From sequence record PZ049722.1: 23,441 nucleotides of DNA. The stretch is one strand, 5' to 3'. The stretch comes from a phage. The translations under genes were made by a program, and so were the position numbers. The notes below the pieces were generated by a model, which was not told the origin of the DNA, did not search any database, and was given only the letters and a program-made list of their open reading frames with translations. Positions within the stretch are counted from its first letter, which is position 1, and each line of letters begins with the position of its first letter. Positions 9,473 to 17,121 of the stretch are shown here, one piece after another.

Positions 9473-11241
9473 TCACCCCCAACCAGGCGCAGGCCTGGGC
9501 GTGCGGGCGCTTGCAGCTGGGCGACGATGGCGTCGAGCTGCTCCTCCATGGCGCCATCGGGGTAGTTGGCCTTGAGCCATTCCATCGACTCGGGCGTCCA
9601 GCCGCTGCCCAGGCGCGCGCGCAGCGCCTTGGCCAGCTCGATGCGGTTGAGCGGCTTCAGCTCCACCGAGGCCAGGCCGGAGCGGCTTTCCAGCTCTATA
9701 CCGCGCTTGGGCAGGTAGGCCGGCAGCATGGTATTGGCCTGTTCCTTGAACGGGTCGATCTCGCCGCCGAATGGCGTGGCGCGCGCCTTCTTGGCCTTCT
9801 CGGCAGCCTCGATACTGTCGGTGCCAGTGGCGAGCTGGTCCAACGTCTTCTTGGTCTGCTCGGCCTGGCTCTCCGGCAGCGAGCGGATGCCCTCGCCGAT
9901 CACTCGGCGGGTAGCACCGTTGGCGGCGAAGCCGTTGTCATCCTTGTCGACGCGCTCGACCACGTGGTAATGCTCGCGACCGTCTTCGCCGACCAGCACG
10001 AGCTGGGCGCTCTCCTGGTCGCGCCATGGGTTGCGGGTGATCAGCACACTGTCGCCGACCATCAGGCCCGGCACGTCGGCGATGCAGTACTCGGCGCCGC
10101 GGAACGGCACGCGCAGCTTGGCGGTGACCTTGCGCTTCTCCGGCTGGGCGATCGCCAGCTCGCGGCAGATCTCGGCGGCCGGCGCGATGCGCAGCTGCTC
10201 AGGGCGGATCAGCATCCAGGCGCCGTAGCGGGTGCGCTGGTGGCGGGTGTGGATGGCGGTGGCGTTGTAGTGCCGCATCCAGCGCCCGGCCAGGGCGTTG
10301 ATCTGCTCCAGGGTGCTGGGCTTGTCCATCAGGCGCAAGCCGCTCTCGAACTCACGCTCGACGATGTTGTGCGCCTGCTCGACCTGGCCCTTGGCGCGGG
10401 CGTTGCCGACCTTGTTGATGATCAGCTCGATGGACAGCGCATGGCACAGGTTGCGGAACATCGCAGAGGTCATGGCCGCACCGGGGTCGGTCATGATCAT
10501 GAAGGGCGCACCGTGGAATGGATCGTGCTCGCCACGTTTCTGCATCGCGCTGATCAGCACCTCGCAGAGGTTCTTCGCACTCTCGGCGCCCAGCACGTAC
10601 TGCACATAAATAGTGCCGCTGGTGTGGTCGGTGATCACGTAGCGCCACAGGCGCTGCTTCTCGATGCGCTTGAGATTCTCGGGCTTGCCGTCGTAGAACT
10701 CGGCCTTGTTCATGGCGCGGGCGCCGTCGTCGGCCAAGTAGAATTGGGTCGAGATCGAGGCGTCGATCTGCCAGACGTGGTTCGGGTGCAGGCTGACCAG
10801 CTCCACGGCCGGCGCCGGGCGCAGCACCTGATCCGGGTGCAGGCCGTAGGCGCGCAGGGCACGGGCGATGGCATCGAGCGACAGCGGGCGGATCTCGCCG
10901 GTGGCGCCGTCGATGATCTCGGCGCGGATCTGCCCATTGCTGCGCAGGCGCTCCACGGCGCGCTCCAGGGTGCTGAGTTGTTTATCGTTGTCGCGGATGG
11001 ACTGAATCAGCACGGCGCTGATCAGCTCCGCCTCATGCCGCTCCAGAGCCGAGGTGCCGGCATCGCTGCGACGTTTACGGGGAGTGGTCACGGTGACCTC
11101 CTTGAGCTTGCGGTAAACGGTTGCGAGGGTGATGCCCATGTCCGTTGCTGCCGCCCTGCACAGGGCGGTTTTGCTGCCGCGCGGCGCCTGCTCGATGTCT
11201 CGAGCCAGGGCTACCAGGCGTTGGGTCATCACTGCACTCAT
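9469..11241 (-). CDS. Mu A-like DDE transposase (590 aa)
   Basis: Size, N-terminal DNA-binding region, core motifs HVWQIDAS and MIMTDPGAAMTS typical of Mu/B3/D3112 transposases, followed by a B-like ATPase. Confidence 0.85.
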   Translation of the reverse strand: MSAVMTQRLVALARDIEQAPRGSKTALCRAAATDMGITLATVYRKLKEVTVTTPRKRRSDAGTSALERHEAELISAVLIQSIRDNDKQLSTLERAVERLRSNGQIRAEIIDGATGEIRPLSLDAIARALRAYGLHPDQVLRPAPAVELVSLHPNHVWQIDASISTQFYLADDGARAMNKAEFYDGKPENLKRIEKQRLWRYVITDHTSGTIYVQYVLGAESAKNLCEVLISAMQKRGEHDPFHGAPFMIMTDPGAAMTSAMFRNLCHALSIELIINKVGNARAKGQVEQAHNIVEREFESGLRLMDKPSTLEQINALAGRWMRHYNATAIHTRHQRTRYGAWMLIRPEQLRIAPAAEICRELAIAQPEKRKVTAKLRVPFRGAEYCIADVPGLMVGDSVLITRNPWRDQESAQLVLVGEDGREHYHVVERVDKDDNGFAANGATRRVIGEGIRSLPESQAEQTKKTLDQLATGTDSIEAAEKAKKARATPFGGEIDPFKEQANTMLPAYLPKRGIELESRSGLASVELKPLNRIELAKALRARLGSGWTPESMEWLKANYPDGAMEEQLDAIVAQLQAPARPGLRLVGGE

Positions 11242-11244
11242 GGG

Positions 11245-12192
11245 TCAGGCTCCCTGCTGCTGGCTGGCCAGCGCGGCGGCGACTTCCTCGTCGGCGCCAT
11301 CGCGCAGCCAGGCCGGCACTACCGTGGCCACGGGCGTGGCCTCGATGCCGTACTCCGCGCGGATCTCCAGCAGCGCTTGCTCCACCTGGGCCAGCAGGCC
11401 GGCGGCAAACACACGCTGGTCGGCGCCCTCGTGCTGCATCAGCTGGTGAATGGCCGGGTACAGCGCGCCGCTGATAGCCGCCTCGGCGGCGCCGGCCTTG
11501 GCGGTGGCCTCCAGGCGCAGTTCCTGCAGTTGCTCGTCCAGCGGCTTGACCTCTACCACTGGCTTTTTGGCGAGCTGGGTGGACAGCTCGTTGATCTTGG
11601 CGTCCTTGTCGGCCATCACGCGGCCCTGGGCGGTTTTGTCCTCGCGGGCGTCGCGCAGGGCTTTGCGTAGCTCCTTGACGGACATGGTGGCCACGTCGTC
11701 GAGGCTCAGCTCGCCGGTCTGGCCAGTGAGTTCCAGCTCCTGGATCTCTTCGTCGTCCAGGACGAGCATCTCGAACAGCTTGGATTGGTTGCCGATGGCC
11801 TTGGCCATGGCTGCGTTGCTGCCGAGAGAGGCGAATTTAGTGGCGGACTGGATGAACCTTTTGGCTACGCTCCACTCGATACCCAGCGCATCTAGTCGGT
11901 CAATAAAATTGCCGTGCCCGCATGCCTTCCTGAGCGTATATAGGCCGCGACCGACCTCCAGGCACGCTTCGACACTGCGGCGCATATTGGCAGTGATATC
12001 GCGTTGGATCAGATCCGGGTCGGTGCTGTCGGCTGGCAACAGGTAGCCGACCAGTGCGGCAGCCTCGCGCACGTCGGCTTCATGCTCGGCGCTGAGCGTG
12101 GCCACCTGGTGCTGGCGGGCCAGCAGGGTTTCGCTCTGCTGTTGATCGTCTGCGGCCAGCTCGATGGTGGCGTTGGGTTTACGAGCCATCAC
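11245..12192 (-). CDS. Hypothetical early protein (315 aa), acidic and coiled-coil rich; possibly DUF3102-like
   Basis: Long ORF with high GC3 directly upstream of the transposase; family assignment is tentative. Confidence 0.5.
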   Translation of the reverse strand: MMARKPNATIELAADDQQQSETLLARQHQVATLSAEHEADVREAAALVGYLLPADSTDPDLIQRDITANMRRSVEACLEVGRGLYTLRKACGHGNFIDRLDALGIEWSVAKRFIQSATKFASLGSNAAMAKAIGNQSKLFEMLVLDDEEIQELELTGQTGELSLDDVATMSVKELRKALRDAREDKTAQGRVMADKDAKINELSTQLAKKPVVEVKPLDEQLQELRLEATAKAGAAEAAISGALYPAIHQLMQHEGADQRVFAAGLLAQVEQALLEIRAEYGIEATPVATVVPAWLRDGADEEVAAALASQQQGA

Positions 12193-12470
12193 GCAGCCCT
12201 CCGCGCAGCATGGCCAGCAAGCCGCAGCAGGCGCTCGATCGCCTCGGTGCGGTTGCCATTGGCCTCGACCAGGGCATTGCGGAACTCGTCGGCGCCACGG
12301 CGGCAGCCGTAGTAGTAGGCGTCGAACTCCAGGCTGCCCTGTGGGTAGTTGACGGTGGTGGGCTCACCCTCGATGCGCAGCTTGAGCGCGGCGCAGAGCC
12401 CCTCGACATAGACGCTGCTGTGGCGATCGCCACCGCGTAGCAGGTGCTGGGCCAGTTTTTGGTAGTTCAT
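12189..12470 (-). CDS. Hypothetical early protein (93 aa)
   Basis: ORF overlapping the downstream start, operon context. Confidence 0.4.
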   Translation of the reverse strand: MNYQKLAQHLLRGGDRHSSVYVEGLCAALKLRIEGEPTTVNYPQGSLEFDAYYYGCRRGADEFRNALVEANGNRTEAIERLLRLAGHAARRAA

Positions 12471-12486
12471 CGTGGTGCTCCTGTTG

Positions 12487-12786
12487 TTAATGGGCGCTGA
12501 TGCGCGCCTGGATTTCAGTGATACGGGCCTGGCCGCGCTGCAGCTCTTCGGCGGTGGCCATGGCGTACTTCAGAAACGCGATGCTTGGGGCGAAGCGGCC
12601 GGTGTCGAGGCGCGTGGCGAAGCCGGCCTCGATCAGGGTGTCCATGTAGCGGGTGATGTTGGCCGGGCTCTCGCCCAGGCCCTTGGCCAGCTCGGTGTTG
12701 CTCAGACCCGTGAGGGTGTGGCCACGCAGCGCGTTGAGTACGCGCAGCACGCGCAGGGCGCTGTCGTTGGTGCGTTTGGTGGTCAT
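12487..12786 (-). CDS. Small winged-helix/HTH DNA-binding protein (99 aa)
   Basis: LRVLRVLNALRGHTLTGLSNTELAKGLGESPANITRYMDTLIEAGF resembles an IclR/MarR-type HTH. Confidence 0.5.
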   Translation of the reverse strand: MTTKRTNDSALRVLRVLNALRGHTLTGLSNTELAKGLGESPANITRYMDTLIEAGFATRLDTGRFAPSIAFLKYAMATAEELQRGQARITEIQARISAH

Positions 12787-13058
12787 GCGCTGCGCTCCAT
12801 CGGTACGACGACCAGGGCGCCGGATTGGTTGATGCCGGGTTGGCCACCGAGGGCCGTCGCCAACTGCTCGTGCAGGCTCATGGCGTCTTCACGCCAGCCT
12901 TCGGCGTTCTCCTCCATGCGGGCCAGGTCGGCGCGCAGGCGGGCGTTCTCTTCGTCCAGGCGTACGACCTCCTGGCAGAGCTGCTCCAGGGCCTGTGCGT
13001 CCAGGCGTGCCAGCAGCGTGCGGATCTCAATGGCCTTACTCATCGTCAGCCACTCCAA
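12783..13058 (-). CDS. Small coiled-coil protein (about 86-91 aa)
   Basis: ORF with heptad-like leucine and charged pattern; start may be the internal MSKAIEIR. Confidence 0.4.
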   Translation of the reverse strand: MEWLTMSKAIEIRTLLARLDAQALEQLCQEVVRLDEENARLRADLARMEENAEGWREDAMSLHEQLATALGGQPGINQSGALVVVPMERSA

Positions 13059-13563
13059 AGTCGAGTTGAGGGGTTTGCGCCTGGGCGACGTTGCCGTGGT
13101 GCCAGGCGAGGGATTCGAGACCGGCGCGGATGGCGTCCAGGGTCTGCTCGGCGGTTTGCTTGCCGTCGTAGAAGGCCATCAGCGCGCCGGTGGTGTTGTG
13201 CAGCACGCCCTGCAGCTGCTGCAGGTCGCTGGCGTTGCAGGCCTTGCCCACGGGGATGTCCACCAACAGCTTGCCGTGGGCGGCAGCCAGGTAACGGGTG
13301 ATCAGGGGCAGGCCGCAGGCTTTCTCCAATGGCAGCACCATGGTCAGCGGCAGGCGGCCATTGCCCATCCACTTGTAGAGCGAGCTGGCGTTGTTCTGGC
13401 ACAGATGGTCTGTGGCAAGCCGCTCGATCCCGCGGTTATGGCGCTGCAATGCATGCTCGGCGCAGCCGCTCATAGCCTCAGCGGGCGAGCGCGGTACCCA
13501 GTGTTTCCAATTGCGGCGGGTCATTGGATGGGGCTCCTTTGGGCCGTCTGTTGCGGCTTCCAA
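13036..13563 (-). CDS. Hypothetical early-region protein (175 aa), possible regulatory protein
   Basis: High-GC3 ORF that starts next to a divergent intergenic region. Confidence 0.5.
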   Translation of the reverse strand: MEAATDGPKEPHPMTRRNWKHWVPRSPAEAMSGCAEHALQRHNRGIERLATDHLCQNNASSLYKWMGNGRLPLTMVLPLEKACGLPLITRYLAAAHGKLLVDIPVGKACNASDLQQLQGVLHNTTGALMAFYDGKQTAEQTLDAIRAGLESLAWHHGNVAQAQTPQLDFGVADDE

Positions 13564-13647
13564 TCAAAAACTCTGTTTCACCCTTGGCAATGTCGTTACC
13601 AACGGGCCAGTCTGTTGGGGTACATTCACCAACGCGGAGAGCCCGCC

Positions 13648-13968
13648 ATGGCTACTGAGAATCAGGTTTCGGAACAAATCCGCCGCGAGGTTGCGGCTGC
13701 AACAGCGGAGCTTCGGCAGAAGCTGGATCAACAGGACGAGTGGATGAATGGCCTGTTACTGGCGCTTGAGGATCTGATGCAGGCGCTACTACGGGCGAAT
13801 CCTGAGATGGTTGAGCCTGCGATTGCGGACTGGCAGAAAGCGGCTGAGCACTACGAGCTGGCGACTCAAGGCCTGTACCCGGATGAATCACCGGAGCGTC
13901 TTGAGCCACGGAAGATGCTGTACCGGATGCTGAACGCGACAGGCGCGCTGCAGCACCGGCAGGGGTGA
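13648..13968 (+). CDS. Hypothetical small helical protein (106 aa), antisense to the early operon, atypical codon usage
   Basis: Reading frame with GC3 about 70 percent and rare codons (TTA, CTA, ACA); the antisense frame there has GC3 about 40 percent; ATG at 13648. Confidence 0.5.
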   Translation: MATENQVSEQIRREVAAATAELRQKLDQQDEWMNGLLLALEDLMQALLRANPEMVEPAIADWQKAAEHYELATQGLYPDESPERLEPRKMLYRMLNATGALQHRQG

Positions 13969-14293
13969 TCAGGCACTTGCCGTTGGCGCGAGTGGCAGCG
14001 GCCAGGATGGCGGCAACGGTTGCTGGGGCGTCTTGAACCTGCAGGCGGTCACCAATGATGCGCCCAGCGCCAATCAGCATCAGGCGATCAACCAGGCGGC
14101 GGGTGCCTTCGGTAGCCGGGGTGCGGTCGACGCAGACGCTCAGCTTGGCTTGAGCATCGGCCAGGTGCCAGGCGATGGCGCATTCGTCACCGGGGCCACA
14201 GGCGATAACGGCGTCGAGCGCGGCGCGCCAGGCGTCCATTGGGTGGGGGATCAGCTCGATCTCTTCGAGCGCGATTTGCGGTTGGTCGGTCAT
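13652..14293 (-). CDS. Early gene after ner (gene X); coding signal holds only from 14293 to about 13969 and there is no stop until 13652
   Basis: ATG at 14293 with GAGGG RBS; high GC3 for the first 109 codons, then a low-complexity S/P/A/Q tail antisense to the 13648..13968 gene. Confidence 0.4.
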   Translation of the reverse strand: MTDQPQIALEEIELIPHPMDAWRAALDAVIACGPGDECAIAWHLADAQAKLSVCVDRTPATEGTRRLVDRLMLIGAGRIIGDRLQVQDAPATVAAILAAATRANGKCLITPAGAAARLSRSASGTASSVAQDAPVIHPGTGLESPARSAQPLSASPQSQAQPSQDSPVVAPASDPQAPVTGHSSTRPVDPASAEAPLLQPQPRGGFVPKPDSQ

Positions 14294-14325
14294 GGCTGTG
14301 ACCCTCTGGCGGCGGTTGCGTTGGG

Positions 14326-14535
14326 TTAGGCGGCGACGGGTTCGCCGGTTTTGATGCCTAGGGCCACGGCGATTTCGTGGGCCTGGCCGTAGTTGGCTTT
14401 GTCGAAGCCGTTGAGCACGCGGTACACCGCGTTGCGCTTGTAGCCGTGCTCTTCGGCCCACTGGGTGATGGTGATGCCGCGCTGGCGGAATCGCTGTTTG
14501 ACCTGTTCAGGGGTCAGTGCCTTCTGGGTAGCCAT
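14326..14535 (-). CDS. Ner-like DNA-binding protein (69 aa)
   Basis: MATQKALTPEQVKQRFRQRGITITQWAEEHGYKRNAVYRVLNG...AHEIAVALGI fits the Ner/Nlp pattern; AAGGAG RBS; divergent from the repressor gene. Confidence 0.7.
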   Translation of the reverse strand: MATQKALTPEQVKQRFRQRGITITQWAEEHGYKRNAVYRVLNGFDKANYGQAHEIAVALGIKTGEPVAA

Positions 14536-14589
14536 GGCGGTGGCTCCTTTTGGGTTGCTGAATGATGTTTGTGTTTTGTTGGGCTGATG

Positions 14590-14635
14590 ATGGTGCGGAT
14601 ATCCGCACCTGTCAAGGAAAAGTGCGGAAAACTGC
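14590..14635. promoter_or_regulatory. Immunity-region operator and early promoter: perfect 18-bp palindrome GGTGCGGATATCCGCACC plus a GTGCGGA half-site; minus-strand -35 TTGACA abuts the palindrome
   Basis: Palindrome at about 14592..14609; half-site repeat at about 14623..14629; reverse complement of tgtcaa at about 14611..14616 gives TTGACA with the palindrome as spacer. Confidence 0.5.
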
Positions 14636-15073
14636 ATGATTGGTGAGCGACTAAAAGAAGAGCGCAAGCGCTTAGGTCTTACCCAGCCCGGGTTGGCCGA
14701 GGTTGCTGGCGCGGCTAAGAGGACTGTCATTGACTGGGAGAAGGGCGTTTCGTCGCCTACAGCAGCCCAGTTAGAGGCACTTTCCAGGGTTGGAGTGGAT
14801 GTGCTTTTCGTCGTCACCGGTATTCGCGGTCAAACTGTGACCAATGAGTCAAATAGCGCGACGTCGCGCTATTTGACTGAAAACTCAAATCCGGTCACGC
14901 ATTCAGTGGAGGCTGAGCCGCTGGGTGAATACCGGCTAAACCGGCGCGAGAAGGCGCTACTGGAGAATTACCGAGGCTCGGACGAAGAAGGACGACGAGC
15001 CATGGAGAGCACCGCGAGTGCTCTGGCGCACAGGGACAGTGCGAAGAAGAAAGGACGCCAAGGCGGCGAATGA
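14636..15073 (+). CDS. XRE-family HTH transcriptional regulator, putative prophage repressor (145 aa)
   Basis: N-terminus ERLKEERKRLGLTQPGLAEVAGAAKRTVIDWEKG is a Cro/C1-type HTH; divergent from the ner-like gene across the operator. Confidence 0.7.
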   Translation: MIGERLKEERKRLGLTQPGLAEVAGAAKRTVIDWEKGVSSPTAAQLEALSRVGVDVLFVVTGIRGQTVTNESNSATSRYLTENSNPVTHSVEAEPLGEYRLNRREKALLENYRGSDEEGRRAMESTASALAHRDSAKKKGRQGGE

Positions 15074-15095
15074 CAGCGCGTATGGGGATTAGGGA

Positions 15096-15833
15096 ATGAG
15101 CAAGGCTCTGATTGTTCTAGGGGTGGTTTTATCTCTGACAGGATGTGCAACTGACTACAGCAAGAAAACCCCGGCTGAAGTGGCAAAGGAGGTGCGTGTT
15201 CTCGACAGTGAGTTCAATGCGCATCGCCTGCTGATGGCGCCAGTGGTGAAAGCGAGCCCCATGTTCGGCATGAACTATTCAGCTCGTTTGGTTAGATCCC
15301 AGGCAAAAGCTGATGGCAGCGTTACACACGTGTTGACCGTTGATTGGGACTACTCAAGTAGCCGATGGATGTTTTTCAGCTCCGCGACGTTGCCGGGCGC
15401 TAGGTCGCTGGTGGTGCGTGCCAACGACAGGCATGTGCGTAGCTGCGGTAGCTATGGCAGTTGCAGTTACACGGAAAGGGTCTCGGCGATCATTCCGCTG
15501 GATGTACTGATTGGGCTTGCTGCAAGTCGTAGCGACATGAACATCAGATTCGGTTCACAGCAGGGCTACGTGGATCTGGCTCTACCGGCAAACTACGTTC
15601 TCGGTTACCTGCAGGGCACCTCAACAATCGCTGAGGCGCAAGGAGGCTCTGCGGCTCCAGCTCCTGCCGCCTCTCGAATCCCGAAATGGGAGCCTGTCCC
15701 AACTCGCCCTGCGGGCCAGCCTGCTGAGGCGGTGGCCAAGAGCAAGGAACAGCAGCTCCAGGAGCTAAAGAACACGCCGGGGCTGAGTTACGAGGAATAT
15801 CAGCGGCGGTATCGGATGATCATGGGGCAGTGA
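15096..15833 (+). CDS. Lipoprotein (245 aa), candidate lysogenic-conversion or superinfection-exclusion factor
   Basis: Signal peptide with lipobox LSLTGC; ATG 23 nt after the repressor stop with GGGA RBS; codon usage appears AT-richer than the phage core. Confidence 0.65.
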   Translation: MSKALIVLGVVLSLTGCATDYSKKTPAEVAKEVRVLDSEFNAHRLLMAPVVKASPMFGMNYSARLVRSQAKADGSVTHVLTVDWDYSSSRWMFFSSATLPGARSLVVRANDRHVRSCGSYGSCSYTERVSAIIPLDVLIGLAASRSDMNIRFGSQQGYVDLALPANYVLGYLQGTSTIAEAQGGSAAPAPAASRIPKWEPVPTRPAGQPAEAVAKSKEQQLQELKNTPGLSYEEYQRRYRMIMGQ

Positions 15834-15844
15834 GGCGACGAACG

Positions 15845-15890
15845 GTACATTGTTCCCATTGCACAATGGGAACAATGTTCCTATAGTGGA
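15845..15890 (+). promoter_or_regulatory. Sigma70-like promoter (-35 TTGCAC, 17-bp spacer, -10 TATAGT) overlapped by a 14+14 bp inverted repeat CATTGTTCCCATTG-ca-CAATGGGAACAATG
   Basis: Read directly from sequence; strong AGGAG RBS follows before the ATG at 15932. Confidence 0.5.
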
Positions 15891-15931
15891 CACATGCCAG
15901 CCACAACGGCGGCGAATCAAGGAGAGAAGCC

Positions 15932-16270
15932 ATGATCACCATCAAATACACTCTGACCCAAGGCATGAGCGGCGCAGGTACTCACACTGAGCTGGAAGTG
16001 GCCACTGGCCCGCGTAATCTGATCAAGTTTGCTGAGGCATTCGATAGCGTGCGTGATCGCCTGAAGGCCGCCTACGGCAACGTTGGATGTGGTCGGGTCT
16101 GGGTAGAAATTGACGGTATTGAGGTTTCCGAGTCCGAGCTGAAAAAATTGACTCGCCAGGACTACGAAATTGACATGCGCGACTACAAGGACGGCATTCG
16201 TTCGAGCAAGCCGGATAGCCTGACCATTCGCGCCACTGATCTGCTTGCAGACCTGCGGGAGGCAGCATGA
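15932..16270 (+). CDS. Hypothetical protein (112 aa), first gene of the cargo operon
   Basis: ORF with AGGAG RBS; stop overlaps the next start (ATGA); no family recognised. Confidence 0.6.
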   Translation: MITIKYTLTQGMSGAGTHTELEVATGPRNLIKFAEAFDSVRDRLKAAYGNVGCGRVWVEIDGIEVSESELKKLTRQDYEIDMRDYKDGIRSSKPDSLTIRATDLLADLREAA

Positions 16271-16860
16271 GCGCTCGGAATAAATACGCAAATTGGGCGC
16301 TTGGCGTGCCGGCTGCGCGGCTTCGTCAGCGTAGCCGCATGAGCACCTATGACGAGGCCGCTACCAGCGGCCTCGCGTTCGAGCTGCAAGAGCTGACCGG
16401 GCTGCGTTTCGATGAGTCGGCCTGGCTGGCCGGCGTAACGTGCCATGTAGCGATTACGCATCCTGCACTGCTCAAGTGGGCCGGTGAGCCGCCAGATGCG
16501 CCGGGATTCATCTACACCTGGGCGACCTGTGCGCCGAATCTACGAGGCTCGCAGCGCGTCGACATCAACGAACGGCGCTTTGAGCGCTGGCTGAAATCCG
16601 CCACCGATGCTGATGCCCTGGCTGACTGGTACGGCTACACCCTGGAGGCGCTAAAAGTTGTGCGCGGGAAACACTTCGATATCCGCACGTTGTTCGATAT
16701 CGGCCGCTTGCGCGCCCTTCACTTCGCCGACGAGCTGCCGCAGGTCGGGCCGCGCGCGTTCTCAGGCTACTGCGCTCTTGAGTTCTACAATCACCAGCCG
16801 CAGGGGCTGGGCGGGGCAGTACCTCGGCAAATTCCGACCGAATTGTTGATTGGCTCATGA
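16267..16860 (+). CDS. Hypothetical protein (197 aa), second gene of the cargo operon
   Basis: Translationally coupled to both neighbours; no family recognised. Confidence 0.6.
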   Translation: MSARNKYANWALGVPAARLRQRSRMSTYDEAATSGLAFELQELTGLRFDESAWLAGVTCHVAITHPALLKWAGEPPDAPGFIYTWATCAPNLRGSQRVDINERRFERWLKSATDADALADWYGYTLEALKVVRGKHFDIRTLFDIGRLRALHFADELPQVGPRAFSGYCALEFYNHQPQGLGGAVPRQIPTELLIGS

Positions 16861-17060
16861 AACCAGACGCCTCCCTACACAACCCAGACCCGCGCTATAT
16901 CGCGGGTCTGGTCGAGCAGACCGGGCTGCTGAAGGGCGAGGTTGCTCGACTGCTGGGTATCACGCCAAAGGCCCTTCGCAACTACATGGACGAGAAATTG
17001 AAGCGCGAAATTCCCTACTCAACCCAGTTCGCCCTTGAGTGCCTGGCCGCTCAGGAATAA
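16857..17060 (+). CDS. Small HTH DNA-binding protein (67 aa), third gene of the cargo operon
   Basis: GEVARLLGITPKALRNYMDE is a classic helix-turn-helix; ATGA overlap with the upstream gene. Confidence 0.6.
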   Translation: MKPDASLHNPDPRYIAGLVEQTGLLKGEVARLLGITPKALRNYMDEKLKREIPYSTQFALECLAAQE

Positions 17061-17090
17061 CGCCAGGAATAATCCGCACACCGTTTTAGA

Positions 17091-17121
17091 GGGCGCCGCA
17101 ATGGCGCCCTTTCGATTTTTG
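17091..17121 (+). terminator. Rho-independent terminator: 7-bp GC stem GGGCGCC/GGCGCCC, 5-nt loop, then a T-rich tract
   Basis: gggcgccGCAATggcgccc followed by tttcgatttttg, 30 nt after the stop of 16857..17060. Confidence 0.7.

Larger units (their letters stand above)
5427..10650. repeat. Right arm of large inverted repeat (the intact, presumably original copy); outer limit set by the window start
   Basis: Reverse complement of 5427 onward matches 5260 downward; symmetry axis about 5344-5347 from the coordinates of the identical ORF pairs. Confidence 0.9.

Noticed and set aside
9511-11670. 719-aa plus-strand ORF
   Set aside because: Antisense to the well-supported transposase gene; low-complexity G/A/L/V-rich translation typical of spurious ORFs in high-GC DNA.
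12472-13968. 498-aa plus-strand ORF
   Set aside because: Most of it is antisense to four minus-strand early genes with good codon usage; only the last 106 codons (13648..13968) look like real coding sequence and are annotated separately.
16857-17060. 67-aa HTH protein as the Mor middle-operon activator
   Set aside because: Too short and lacking the Mor-family C-terminal pattern I recall; it is more likely the regulator of the cargo operon. This stays a low-confidence alternative.
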